A DNA stretch of 63,795 nt, filler included, from an uncultured Acidimicrobiia bacterium (lineage in GTDB: Bacteria > Actinomycetota > Acidimicrobiia > Spongiisociales > JAOTWH01): NCBI GenBank assembly GCA_964347285.1. It is 6 parts of 6 records of this genome, joined end to end, with 100 filler letters (N's around TTAATTAATTAA, not from the genome) between each part and the next. Parts side by side here need not be neighbours in the genome. Positions count along the whole stretch, not along the records: positions 23,131 to 34,471 come from CAYFYE010000084.1; positions 34,572 to 45,775 come from CAYFYE010000085.1; 4 more parts are not named here. One strand, written 5' to 3'. The notes beneath the pieces were generated by a model, which saw only the letters and a list, made by a program, of their open reading frames with translations, made no database searches and was not told where the DNA came from. This document shows positions 27,430 through 37,575 of the stretch, one piece after another (within the stretch, counting starts at the first letter, position 1; the number at the start of each line of letters is the position of its first letter). Made by a program: the position numbers and the translations under genes.

Positions 27430-29597
27430 CAGGCCTCCCGGTGCGACCGGGCCGCTCCGACGAGATCGCCGAGCTGGACCTCGATCTCCTCCCAGCGCCG
27501 CGTCTTGAGACCGCAGTCGGGATTGACCCAAACGTCACGGGGGTCCATGAACGACAGGAAGTGCTCCAGGCGCTCCTCCATCGCCGCCCGCCCCGGCGAG
27601 TGAGGACTGTGGACGTCGAACACCCCGGGGCCGATCTGGAGATGCCCATCGGCAAACAGCTCGTAGAAGAGCCGGATGTAGTCGTCGTCCTTGGACCGCG
27701 ACCACTCGATGGAGGCCACATCCACCCCGACGTCGGCCCACAGCGGGACGATGTCGGCGAAGTCCCCGTAGCACATGTGGGTGTGCAGCTGCACCCCGGG
27801 CGGGGCGGCAAACACCCTTCGCAGGGCGGCCCGTACCCCCCGACCGTAGATCTTGCGCAGCTCCTCGGCATTCTCGGTGGGAAGCGGCCACCGCTCCCGC
27901 ACCGCCGGTTCGTCGATCTGGATCATCCGCGCTCCCGCCTCCGTCAGGAAACGGACCTCCTCGGCAATGGGACCGGCCACGGCCCAGAACAACTTGTCGT
28001 CGGGAACGCCGGGCGGGCGGAAGCTCCAGTTCACGATGGTGACCGGACCGGTCAGCATGCCTTTGACGGGCCGGTCGGTGGCCTCCTGCGCCACTTTCCA
28101 CTCCCGTACCGTCATTGGCTCGGAGATGGAGGGCGGTGCGGCGATGATCGGGGGCCGCACACAGCGGCTCCCATAGGAAAGCACCCAGCCGTTGCGGGTG
28201 GTGAGAAAGCCGTCCATCTTCTCCCCGAAGTACTCCACCATGTCGCTCCGCTCGAACTCCCCGTGCACCAGGGCATCGAGACCGAGGTTTTCCTGCCAGC
28301 GAATGCCGGCAACGACCATCTGGTCGAGCCGCTCCTCGTAGGCCGTCTGCTCGAGCTCGCCCCTCTTGAAGGCGGCCCGCAGCTTGCGGACTTCGGTCGT
28401 CTGAGGAAGGCTGCCGGTGGTCGTAGTTGGGAAAGAAGGAAGGGCGAGGCGATCCTGAGCGCCACGCCGATCGGAGCGGGCCGCCCGATCACCGACCTCT
28501 TCCACATCGGGGAACGGCGGCACCGGGGCGGCTACACCGGCCGGTCGGTCTCCGCTCTCCAAAGCCTCGGCCCAGCGACGGAGATCGGCCGCCTTCTCCC
28601 GGGCGAAGGCGAACCCGGGGGGCAGGTCTTCGCCATCGATGGTATACGGCAGGAACATGAGCGATGTAGAGGCGGTGACGAGCACCGCTTTGCCGTCGAA
28701 GTCGACACCGGCAAAGTCGTGGGCTACCGACTCGAAGTCGTCGGCCCATACGCTGCGCCCGTCGAGAACCGAGACCAGGTAGGCGGGCTGCGACCTCCAG
28801 GCCGCCGAGCCGGCCCGGGCTGCCAAGACCTCGTGCGGCATCTGCACACTGAATCCTCGATCGCCCAGGACGGCCAAGGTCACCGGCGCCGCCGATCCGA
28901 ACTGCACGCTCACCAGCGGCGGAGCCTCTAGGCCCAGGCCCGCCGCGCCGGCGTACGCTGCCTCGAATAGCTCCCGGTCGGCGCCCTCCAGTAGCATTCC
29001 CAGGCACGGTTCGTCGACCTGGAGGCGGAATCCGTTCGGCTGCGAGCGCACCCACGCCCACAAAGCGTCTCCGGCCCGGCCCGCCAGTGACAGCGACTCG
29101 TCGGTCCGGCTGAGCTTGGCCAGGCTGTACGGCCCCAGCACCGTCCACACGCTGTCGGGCTGAGGGCGCCGCCATGGCAACGGGGCAAAGCTGAGGTCAC
29201 CGACGGGGCCCTCGACTTCGGGTACGACGTAGTGGTAGTTGGTGTCGAACCACTTGGTCATCTCCCAGGCCTCGTGGTCCTTCGAGCCCCGGGCCAGCTC
29301 GGTCAGAGCCTCGAACGGCGCCGCATCACGCAGCCGCTCGGGAAGGATGCCGAGCATCATCGCCGTCTCCAGCACCTCGTCGTACAGGAAGTAGTCGTCG
29401 GTGGCCGTCCCGGCCAGGCTCCGCTGCTCGGCTAGATGCCCGGAGCGCAGGTCGGCGACCCTCGCCTCCAGCTCCTCGATGCCGATCCGGCCCGCCCAGG
29501 CGCCCTCGAGGGCTCGCTTGAGCTCGCGCTGCGTCCCGATGCGGGGATAGCCACAGAGATGGGCCGAGATCGGTGATGCGTTGGAGCGACCTGGCAT
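27429..29597 (-). CDS. metE: cobalamin-independent methionine synthase
   Basis: GYPRIG..RELK, EMTKWFDTNYHY, HGEFERSDMV, HTHMCY, NPDCGLKTR. Confidence 0.95.
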   Translation of the reverse strand: MPGRSNASPISAHLCGYPRIGTQRELKRALEGAWAGRIGIEELEARVADLRSGHLAEQRSLAGTATDDYFLYDEVLETAMMLGILPERLRDAAPFEALTELARGSKDHEAWEMTKWFDTNYHYVVPEVEGPVGDLSFAPLPWRRPQPDSVWTVLGPYSLAKLSRTDESLSLAGRAGDALWAWVRSQPNGFRLQVDEPCLGMLLEGADRELFEAAYAGAAGLGLEAPPLVSVQFGSAAPVTLAVLGDRGFSVQMPHEVLAARAGSAAWRSQPAYLVSVLDGRSVWADDFESVAHDFAGVDFDGKAVLVTASTSLMFLPYTIDGEDLPPGFAFAREKAADLRRWAEALESGDRPAGVAAPVPPFPDVEEVGDRAARSDRRGAQDRLALPSFPTTTTGSLPQTTEVRKLRAAFKRGELEQTAYEERLDQMVVAGIRWQENLGLDALVHGEFERSDMVEYFGEKMDGFLTTRNGWVLSYGSRCVRPPIIAAPPSISEPMTVREWKVAQEATDRPVKGMLTGPVTIVNWSFRPPGVPDDKLFWAVAGPIAEEVRFLTEAGARMIQIDEPAVRERWPLPTENAEELRKIYGRGVRAALRRVFAAPPGVQLHTHMCYGDFADIVPLWADVGVDVASIEWSRSKDDDYIRLFYELFADGHLQIGPGVFDVHSPHSPGRAAMEERLEHFLSFMDPRDVWVNPDCGLKTRRWEEIEVQLGDLVGAARSHREA

Positions 29598-29658
29598 GTG
29601 GGCGGTTCCTTTCGTCCGACGCGCTCTCGAGCGCCTCGGGCGATGCCGCCCTCGGCAG

Positions 29659-29740
29659 CTCATCGATCAGGCATTGGCACCGTGTCGTGAACCGGTTGCC
29701 GCGGCTTCAGCGGGCCTGTCCCTCCACCGCTCTGGATGAG
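29659..29740 (-). ncRNA. SAM-I-family riboswitch lacking P4
   Basis: minus strand CTCATCCAGAGCGGTGGAGGGACAGGCCCGCTGAAGCCGCGGCAACC...GGTGCCAATGCCTGATCGATGAG upstream of metE. Confidence 0.9.
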
Positions 29741-29782
29741 CGCGCCGGGGAAGTATGGCAGAGGAATGGAGACTTCACCGGC

Positions 29783-31297
29783 TCAGCCCAGGGTGTCCAG
29801 GAGGGCGGCGGCCAGGATGTCGAAGCCGATGGGAAGCGGGTGGATGTCGGGCGGGCTGTTCACCATATGGGTGGTCGAGGCGGTCGTCCCTTGCATCGGA
29901 GTGAAGCCGTCGGCCACCAGCAGGCTCTTTTCGGTTGCGATGCGCTCGGCGATGGCATTGAGTTCGGACGTGATGCGGTTGCTCTCCGCCTCGAATTCCA
30001 GGTCGCCGCCGAAGCCGAGGCTGAACGGGTTGTACGTCGTCAGAAAGATGATCGTGGCGTCGGGCGCAGCGTCGGCCAGGTCGGTGAGGATTCTCTGGAG
30101 ATTGTCCTCGTAGGTGTTGAACGTGTCGGCCACCCGCTGCCGGCACGACGCCAGCCGGGGGTCTTCGCTGCAGTCCCCCGAGGAAAGATGGCCGAGCAGG
30201 TCGTTGCCCCCGATGTCGATGGTGACGTAGGAGATCGGGTTAGCCGCCATGAAAGCCAGCGCCTCCTCGAGCTGTCCGCTGCGGATCAGGCTCCCCGATG
30301 TCTCACCCGAGACTGCGAAGTTGCGGAGCCCGTAGGCCAGGCCATCTCGTTCCGAGATCGCCCGGTGAAAACGAGATACGTAGCCGTTGCGGGGCTCGGT
30401 CACACCGACGTTGGCGGCCAGCGAGTCCCCCAGCGCTACGTAGTACGTTGATCCGTCGGCGGAGGTCGACTTCACGATCCCGGGCCCGAGTCGCTCCGGA
30501 GGCGGGGCCATGGCGGTCCCGGCCGTGGCCACCTGGTCGGCGAGAGTCGACAGCAGGGTCTCGGAGGTGATCAGGTTGGTGGTACCGGTCGTGCCGACCA
30601 CCACGAGCCGGTCGTTGCCGACCGTGATCGATTGGACGTCGGCCCGGCTCTCCGCCAAGGCCTCGTTGAGGTCGGCCACCGACTCGACGAGATCCTCCAG
30701 GGCGTCTCGCCCCACGCCGGGCATCGACAAGGCGCCGACCTCGACGTCGACCAGCTCGATCTTCACCGCACCGGCCTCGAGACCGGCGGTGGCCGCCCCG
30801 GAAGCGGTGATGTCTCCGCTCTTGAAAGTGGCGTCGAAGGTGACTTCCCCGTCGGGCGGAGTCCCGACGATGTCGATGTCGACCCGTTCCAGCGGGTTGT
30901 CCTGGTTGCCCTCGAGCGCATCGAGGATGTAGGCGGTGATTTCCCGGTCGAGCAGCTCCAGCCGGAACCCGGCCTCGCCCTCCACCTCGTCGATCTTGGC
31001 CCGGGCCGACGCCAGGTCGACGGGATCGGGGGGGTCGACCGGGCCCGAGGTGTCGGTGAGGGCGCCGGCGATCTGGGTGGCCTGCCATCCGATGAACGCA
31101 CCCGCCGCCACGACCACCATCACAGCTGCCGCAGCCAGAGTGCCGACGACCGCCGGAGGGGCGAACCGGCCCCCGACCGCAACCACCAAGAGCGCCGCGA
31201 ATACGACGAGGGCGACTACTTCGCCCATGGTGAACAGCGCCACCGCTCCCACCAGGACGGCGGCGAGCACACCGAAGACGACCAGGACTGTCTTCAC
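29783..31297 (-). CDS. membrane-anchored SGNH/GDSL hydrolase with extra N-terminal domain
   Basis: three TMs; ALGDSLA, SGET, GGND, DIHP. Confidence 0.85.
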   Translation of the reverse strand: MKTVLVVFGVLAAVLVGAVALFTMGEVVALVVFAALLVVAVGGRFAPPAVVGTLAAAAVMVVVAAGAFIGWQATQIAGALTDTSGPVDPPDPVDLASARAKIDEVEGEAGFRLELLDREITAYILDALEGNQDNPLERVDIDIVGTPPDGEVTFDATFKSGDITASGAATAGLEAGAVKIELVDVEVGALSMPGVGRDALEDLVESVADLNEALAESRADVQSITVGNDRLVVVGTTGTTNLITSETLLSTLADQVATAGTAMAPPPERLGPGIVKSTSADGSTYYVALGDSLAANVGVTEPRNGYVSRFHRAISERDGLAYGLRNFAVSGETSGSLIRSGQLEEALAFMAANPISYVTIDIGGNDLLGHLSSGDCSEDPRLASCRQRVADTFNTYEDNLQRILTDLADAAPDATIIFLTTYNPFSLGFGGDLEFEAESNRITSELNAIAERIATEKSLLVADGFTPMQGTTASTTHMVNSPPDIHPLPIGFDILAAALLDTLG

Positions 31298-31373
31298 CTC
31301 TGATCCAACCCCGTGGTGAGGCGCGCCAACGATCCACGTTAGCGGCGACTCGGTCACGGCTAGCCTCGCCGCG

Positions 31374-33194
31374 GTGACCGCCCCGACCCCGCCGGCGAAG
31401 TGGACCCCGAGCCCCGCGGTCCTCGAACGAGCCAACCTGACCGCGCTCATGAAGCAGCTGGGCCTGGACCACTACGACGACCTGCACCGCTGGTCGGTCG
31501 ACAACCGCGCCGAATTCTGGGGCAAGGTCGTCGAGCAGCTCGGCATCTCCTTCGTGACGCCGCCGGAAGAGCTGCTCGACCTGCGCGACGGAGTGGAGCA
31601 GCCCCGGTGGCTCCGCGGAGCCCGCTTCAACATCGTGGACAGCTGCTTTCACGCTCACCCAAACCAGGTGGCGGTGGTGTACCGCCGCAACCGCGCCATT
31701 CACCGGATGACCTACCGGCGGTTGCGGGCCGATGTCGACCGGGTTGCCAACGGCTTCGTCTCCGCCGGGTTCTCCCCCGGCGACCGGATCGCCATCGCCA
31801 TGCCGATGACCGTCGAGTCGGTGGTGGCCTATCTGGGGATCGTGGCCGCCGGGGGCGTGGTGGTGTCGATCGCCGACAGCTTCGCCGCCGACGAGATCGC
31901 CGCCAGGCTGCGCATCACCAACGCCCGCACCGTCATCACCCAGGACCTGATCCACCGGGGCGGCAAGGATCTGCCGATGTATGCGAAAGTCATCGAGGCC
32001 GGGGCGGAACGGGCCATCGTCGTCGAAACCGGAGCCGGCCTCAGCCTGCGGGAGGGGGATGTCTCCTGGAACGACTTCCTCGGTGGCTCCCGGCCCTTCG
32101 ATCCGGTCCCGGCCGACCCCGACGACCACATCAACATCCTCTTCTCCTCGGGGACCACCGGAGACCCCAAGGCGATCCCCTGGACCCAGCTCACTCCGAT
32201 CAAGTCGGCCATGGATGGGCGGTTCCACCACGACATCCATTCCGACGACCTGGTGGCCTGGCCCACCAATCTGGGGTGGATGATGGGCCCCTGGCTGATC
32301 TTCGCAACGCTGATCAACCGGGCGGCCATGGCGCTCTACGAAGACGTTCCCACCGACCGCTCCTTCGGCAGATTCGTGGCGGACGCCGGGGTCACGATCC
32401 TCGGGGTCGTGCCCAGCCTGGTGGCGGCCTGGCGCAGCACGGCGTGCATGGAGGGCCTTGACTGGCGGGCCATTCGACTCTTCAGCTCGACCGGCGAGGC
32501 CTCCAACCACGACGACATGGCCTATCTGATGGACCTGGCCGGCAACAAGCCGATTATCGAGTACTGCGGGGGCACCGAGACCGGCGGGGGCTATATCACC
32601 GGCACCGTCGTGCAGCCGGTAGTTCCGGCGACCTTTTCCACTCCCACCCTGGGCATCGATTTCCGCATCCTCGACGAGGCCGGAGGGCCGGCCTCCTCCG
32701 GCGAGCTGTTCCTGGTGCCGCCCTCGATCGGCCTGTCCACCGAGCTGCTCAACCGGAACCATCACGAGGTCTATTACGAGGGCACGCCCGAAACGGACGA
32801 AGTGCTGCGCCGCCACGGCGATCACATGGAGGCCCTCGAGGGCGGCTACTACCGGGCCCACGGCCGCATCGACGACACGATGAATCTCAGCGGCATCAAG
32901 GTGGGCTCGGCCGAGATCGAGCGGGCGCTGCTGGGCGTGTCGGGGCTCATCGAGACCGCCGCCGTCGCGGTGGAGCCTCCCGGAGGCGGGCCCAGCCGCC
33001 TGGTCGTCTTCGCCGTTCCCAAGCCGGGGGCCGTCCTCGAGCCCGAGACCCTCCGACGCGAGATGCAGCAGGCGATCGGCAGCCAACTCAACCCGTTGTT
33101 CAAGGTGCACGACGTGGTGCTGGTGGACGCCCTGCCCCGGACCGCCTCCGCCAAGGTGATGCGGCGGGAGCTGCGGGCCTATTACGCCCGATGA
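31374..33194 (+). CDS. AMP-forming acyl-CoA synthetase
   Basis: FSSGTTGDPK, WPTNLGWMMGP, YCGGTE, HGD, GRIDD, LPRTASAK. Confidence 0.9.
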   Translation: MTAPTPPAKWTPSPAVLERANLTALMKQLGLDHYDDLHRWSVDNRAEFWGKVVEQLGISFVTPPEELLDLRDGVEQPRWLRGARFNIVDSCFHAHPNQVAVVYRRNRAIHRMTYRRLRADVDRVANGFVSAGFSPGDRIAIAMPMTVESVVAYLGIVAAGGVVVSIADSFAADEIAARLRITNARTVITQDLIHRGGKDLPMYAKVIEAGAERAIVVETGAGLSLREGDVSWNDFLGGSRPFDPVPADPDDHINILFSSGTTGDPKAIPWTQLTPIKSAMDGRFHHDIHSDDLVAWPTNLGWMMGPWLIFATLINRAAMALYEDVPTDRSFGRFVADAGVTILGVVPSLVAAWRSTACMEGLDWRAIRLFSSTGEASNHDDMAYLMDLAGNKPIIEYCGGTETGGGYITGTVVQPVVPATFSTPTLGIDFRILDEAGGPASSGELFLVPPSIGLSTELLNRNHHEVYYEGTPETDEVLRRHGDHMEALEGGYYRAHGRIDDTMNLSGIKVGSAEIERALLGVSGLIETAAVAVEPPGGGPSRLVVFAVPKPGAVLEPETLRREMQQAIGSQLNPLFKVHDVVLVDALPRTASAKVMRRELRAYYAR

Positions 33195-33898
33195 AGCCGG
33201 TTGCCCTGCTCCGCCACGGCCCCACGATCGGCCCCGGGTACCTGGGCGAGGTGCTGGCCGATCGCGGGATTCCGGCCGTGACCGTCGCCCTCTACTCCGG
33301 CGCCCCCCTGCCCGATCCGGAGGACGTCTCCGCCGTGGTATCGCTGGGCGGGCTGATGGGCGCCTACGAGGAGGACCGCTATCCATACCTGACCGCCGAA
33401 AAGGCCTACTTGCGCGGGGCCGTCGGCGCCGGCCTGCCGGTGCTCGGCATCTGTCTGGGCTGCCAGCTCCTCGCCGCCACCCTGGGGGGGCGTGCCTTCC
33501 GGGCTGCTTCGGCAGAGGTGGCTGTGGCCTCCATAGAGCTCACCGCCGCCGGACGGGCAGACCCGGTGACGATCCATCTCGACGGCCCGGTGTTGGTGTG
33601 GCACCAGGACACCTGGGAACCTCCTTCCGGCGCCGTGGTGCTGGCCCGCACCGACGGCTACCCCCAGGCATTTCGACTCGGCTCGGCACTGGGGCTCCAA
33701 CCCCATCCCGAGGCCTCGCCCGAAATCACGGCGGAGTGGATCGCCACCGGGGGCCGGGAATGGCTGGCCGAACGCGGCTTCGACGCCGCTCGCGTCCAGG
33801 CCGACATGGAGTCCGCCCGTAGGCCGGCCGAGCGCACCGCCCGGGCCCTCTTCGATGCCTGGGTGAGCTCCTGGCAAGGATCGGCGGGCTCCCGCTGA
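33191..33898 (+). CDS. class I glutamine amidotransferase-like protein
   Basis: LGICLGCQ, WHQD, QPHPE. Confidence 0.9.
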   Translation: MKPVALLRHGPTIGPGYLGEVLADRGIPAVTVALYSGAPLPDPEDVSAVVSLGGLMGAYEEDRYPYLTAEKAYLRGAVGAGLPVLGICLGCQLLAATLGGRAFRAASAEVAVASIELTAAGRADPVTIHLDGPVLVWHQDTWEPPSGAVVLARTDGYPQAFRLGSALGLQPHPEASPEITAEWIATGGREWLAERGFDAARVQADMESARRPAERTARALFDAWVSSWQGSAGSR

Positions 33899-33914
33899 GA
33901 GTGCGACCCGGCGG

Positions 33915-34442
33915 TCAGACCGAGTTCGGGTCCTCCGCTTCCAGCTCGGCCACGGTCGCGTCCCACACGGCCTCGTCGGCCAGAGCCGACAGCCGGCTCA
34001 CCGCAAACTCGATCTGGCGCATGCAGGAATGCCGCCAGATTCCGCTTTCGATGAACCGCTCGTGCTCGGCCGGTATCCGGATGTCGATCCCGATGAGGTC
34101 CCGGCAGTCGAGGCTGCCGAAGGTCGTCGCGAACTGGTCCATCTCTCGCTCGATGATGCCGCGAGCGACCCGCTTGGCCTGCAGGTGGTCGTCGATGCGA
34201 CGTCCGGCCAGCATCCCTACTGCCAGCGCGGCGCCGGAGATGGCCCCGCAAATGCCTCCGCCCCGGGCCACTCCGCCGTTCAGAGCCATGGCCGCCGACG
34301 AGTCGTCGACGTCGGGGAGGCCGAAGGCCCGCTTGAGAACGAGGAAGGTCGATTCGGCGCAGCCGTAGATGTTGGTAGAGGTGAGGAAGTAGCTCCTGGC
34401 GAGCTCGGCTGCTTCCTGCTCGTTGATCAGGGCCCGGCTCAT
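33915..34442 (-). CDS. C_GCAxxG_C_C family putative redox protein
   Basis: GCAES...GICGAISG...DCRDL...C. Confidence 0.88.
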   Translation of the reverse strand: MSRALINEQEAAELARSYFLTSTNIYGCAESTFLVLKRAFGLPDVDDSSAAMALNGGVARGGGICGAISGAALAVGMLAGRRIDDHLQAKRVARGIIEREMDQFATTFGSLDCRDLIGIDIRIPAEHERFIESGIWRHSCMRQIEFAVSRLSALADEAVWDATVAELEAEDPNSV

Positions 34443-34471
34443 AGCGCCTCCTTCACCGATCCTACCGACGT

Positions 34472-34571
34472 NNNNNNNNNNNNNNNNNNNNNNNNNNNNN
34501 NNNNNNNNNNNNNNNTTAATTAATTAANNNNNNNNNNNNNNNNNNNNNNNNNNNNNNNNNNNNNNNNNNNN
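34472..34571. other. artificial contig linker
   Basis: N-run + TTAATTAATTAA + N-run. Confidence 0.98.
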
Positions 34572-36302
34572 CGGTGTAGGTGAAGGTGTCGGTCCCGTAG
34601 AAGTCGGGATCGGGGCTGTAGGTGAAGGAACCGTCCGAGTTGAGGGTCAACGTTCCCTCGGACACATCGGTGTCGAGCACCGCCGTCAGCGGGTCGCCGT
34701 CGCGGTCGGTGTCGTTGCCCAACACCCCCGGCGCCGGAACAGACAGAACGGCGTCCTCGTCGGTCCAGTAGGCGTCGTCCTCGACCGACGGGGCCCGGTT
34801 GCTGGGAGCCTCCACGGTGATGGTGACGGCGGCCGGCGACGGCGAGTCCACCACTCCGTCGCTGGCGAAGTAGGTGAACGTATCGTTTCCATCGAAGTCG
34901 GGGTCGGGGGTGTAGGTAAAGGAACCGTCCGGGTTGAGGGTCAAGGTCCCATCGGACACATCGGTGTTGAGCACCGCCGTCAGCGGGTCGCCGTCGTCAT
35001 CGGTGTCGTTGTCCAACACCCCCGGGGCGACAACGGTGAGGACGGTCTCGAAGGGGGTGGTGTAGACGTCGTCTTCGGCCACGGGCGGAGTGCCGCAATC
35101 TGGAGAGCCCAGCAGGTAGTCGTCCACCACGCCGTCAGAGACAGAGTGGAATTCGAACCTCAGGCTGGAGGCACACGCATCGATGAGCATGGTCCCGTGG
35201 TCGTCGTTGTAGAAGAACTCGCTATCGGGATCCCCCGGCGGGACGAAGTCATAGAGGCCGGCACCGCCGGCGCCGGTCACGAAGTATGGAAACCCGTCCT
35301 TGACGATCCGCTCATAGGTGTGATCGTGGCCGGAGAGTACAGCGTCCGCTCCCCATGCTTCATAGGGCCATTGCATGACCGACCTCGAGCCGTGGCGGCC
35401 GGAGGAGAAGGGGGAATGGTGCATGTAGACGATCTTCCACGGTGAGGTCGAGTCGGCCAGTTGGGTCTGCAACCACTGTGCCTGTATCGACGTGGCGGAG
35501 CGCCCGTCCGGTTCTTCGCTGTTGCTGTTGACCACGAAGAAATGCACCGGGCCTTGCACGAAGTCGTAGTAGCGCTCGTTGCCGGAGGTATCGCTCGTTT
35601 CAATTCCGCTTCCGGGGAGCGAGAAGTAGTCGAGATAGACATCGACGCTCCCCGCTTCGTGGTAGTCATGATTGCCGAGCGCCGGGAAGAACCGGTTGAC
35701 GGGCGCACCGGGACCGAACGAGCCGGAGTAGTCGCCCATATAGGCGCTGTAGAACTGGCCCACGGCCAGGTCGATGTCCTCGATGTATGTATTGTCGCCG
35801 GTGGTCACGATGAAATCGGGGGCCAGGCTTTCCACCAGCGACGCTACCTCCGCCTCTGCGCAGCACCCTCTCCCGTAGTCCCCGAAGGCTGCAAAGCGGA
35901 CCACGTCGTCGCTCGACGCGTACTCACCGTCGGGAGTGTTGAGGAGGAGTTCGGAGACGCCCGGATCCGCAGAGGTTGCGACCGTGCCCAACGCAGAAAC
36001 GCCACCAAAGGTCATCACCCCCGGTCCGCTTGCCCGGCGCCAGGTCACCCCGCCCGACGACCGAGGGAGGAGATCCTTGTAGATGGTGCGGTCGAGAAGG
36101 GCCGGTTCGGGAAACACCAACGAGTCGAGAACGTAGGGTTCATATGGCGACATACCCCCGACAGGCCCAGGGAGCATGCTCGCCAGCACGACGGCGACGA
36201 CTCCAAGTGGGGTCGGCGCGCCTGATCGGGGATGGCCGACCGGAAGCCGCCGGTGAAGGCCACCAGAGCGACCTTCCGCGTCACCGGCGCCACGGTGAGC
36301 AT
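34572..36302 (-). CDS. purple-acid-phosphatase-like metallophosphoesterase with Ig-like (Big_9) repeats (3'-truncated, start uncertain)
   Basis: GDYG, GDNTY, GNHD, HH, GHDH; repeats VLxNDTDxDGDPLT...GSFTY. Confidence 0.85.
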
Positions 36303-36558
36303 TTCCCCGATCCCTCCTCCCTTGGTGATCGCCGCGAACGCACTGCCACATAGCGCGTTCAGAACCCTAGCAGCTGACTTCTCTTAGTGGTAACACCCGC
36401 TGTCTGTGGTCGCATTGAGGCCTGATATCACGGATAGGAGTCGCAACTACTCGGCAGGTTCCGAGGGGCGCCCGAGTCAGCGGGCCCGATCGTGCGTGAC
36501 GTACGGGCTCAGCCCGGTACGGCCTTTCGGCCCCTGAGGAGAGCTCGGGGCGCACGTT

Positions 36559-36604
36559 ACGGAGAAAGGCCGGGGCACGACACGGAGAAAGGCCGCGGCA
36601 CGAC
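36559..36604. repeat. 23-bp direct repeat x2
   Basis: ACGGAGAAAGGCCG(G/C)GGCACGAC twice. Confidence 0.75.
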
Positions 36605-36988
36605 GCCCTTGGTCTGGTCCCCGGTGCCGGTGACCACTGCGATGTTCACGTCACCAGCGGCTCGATTCCGATCCGGTCGGGGAAGCGGTGGCCACGGGCC
36701 ACACCTCCGCGGTGAATTCGCCGGCCGGGGTGGATCCGCCTTTTTGGGCCGTCGCAACGGCTCGTTGCCGTCGACCTCGCAGGGAAAGGCGCTGCACTCG
36801 GGTGATGCGTCGTCAGGAACAGGGCCTAGGCGGCGACGGAGACTGGGGGCGTCGCCGAGGTCGACGGCACCAAGGCAGCCGCACGTCGCCAACACGAGCC
36901 GGCCCCCCGCAGGGCGGTACCACGATCTCACGTGACCCCCTTGCCTTGCGCCTGGCGGCTGCCGGCCAGACTGCCAACGCGCCTGCAG

Positions 36989-37061
36989 AGCGGACGACCG
37001 GTCTCGAACCGGCGACCTTCACCTTGGCAAGGTGACGCTCTACCAACTGAGCTACGTCCGC
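36989..37061 (-). tRNA. tRNA-Gly(GCC), CCA not encoded
   Basis: GCGGACGTAGCTCAGTTGGTAGAGCGTCACCTTGCCAAGGTGAAGGTCGCCGGTTCGAGACCGGTCGTCCGCT. Confidence 0.97.
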
Positions 37062-37086
37062 GGGAGGCGAATCGTAGCACGACCGA

Positions 37087-37518
37087 CTAGTGGGTCCCGG
37101 TGGAGCCGAAACCCCCGTCTCCTCGACTCGATTCGGGGAGTTCGTCGACTTCGAAGAACTCCGAGTCGACTATCGGAACGACCAGAAGCTGGGCGATGCG
37201 TTCCCCTCGTTCGAGCTTCACCGGCTCGTTGCCATGGTTGATCAGGATCACGTTGACCTCGCCCCGATAGCCGGCGTCGACCACCCCAGGGGCGTTCACC
37301 ACTCCCAGCCCCCGCCGAGCGGCCAGTCCGCTCCGGGGAGCCACGAGGCCCACGTAGCCCTCGGGGATGGCTACCGCAACGCCGGTGGGGACCACGGCCC
37401 GCTCCCCCGCTGCCAGCTCCACGGCCTCCCTGGCCCGCAAATCGACTCCGGCGTCGCCCGGGTGGGCCTGGTCGGGAACCGAAAGCTCCACATCCAATCT
37501 CAAGAACGGTATCTTCAT
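37087..37518 (-). CDS. dut: dUTP diphosphatase
   Basis: [38 protein letters not shown]. Confidence 0.96.
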   Translation of the reverse strand: MKIPFLRLDVELSVPDQAHPGDAGVDLRAREAVELAAGERAVVPTGVAVAIPEGYVGLVAPRSGLAARRGLGVVNAPGVVDAGYRGEVNVILINHGNEPVKLERGERIAQLLVVPIVDSEFFEVDELPESSRGDGGFGSTGTH

Positions 37519-37575
37519 AGCCGCGCATTGTGACAGCGGGCGACGGGGCCGCGAAAACGAAACGAGGTATTCGTC

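Noticed and set aside
30303..33386. 1027-aa minus-strand ORF and many other long overlapping ORFs (e.g. 1043-2407, 8622-10373, 27279-28931)
   Set aside because: Shadow ORFs caused by high-GC codon bias, overlapping well-supported genes.
36350..37061. Prophage or ICE integrated at tRNA-Gly
   Set aside because: No integrase, phage genes or att duplication visible in the fragment.
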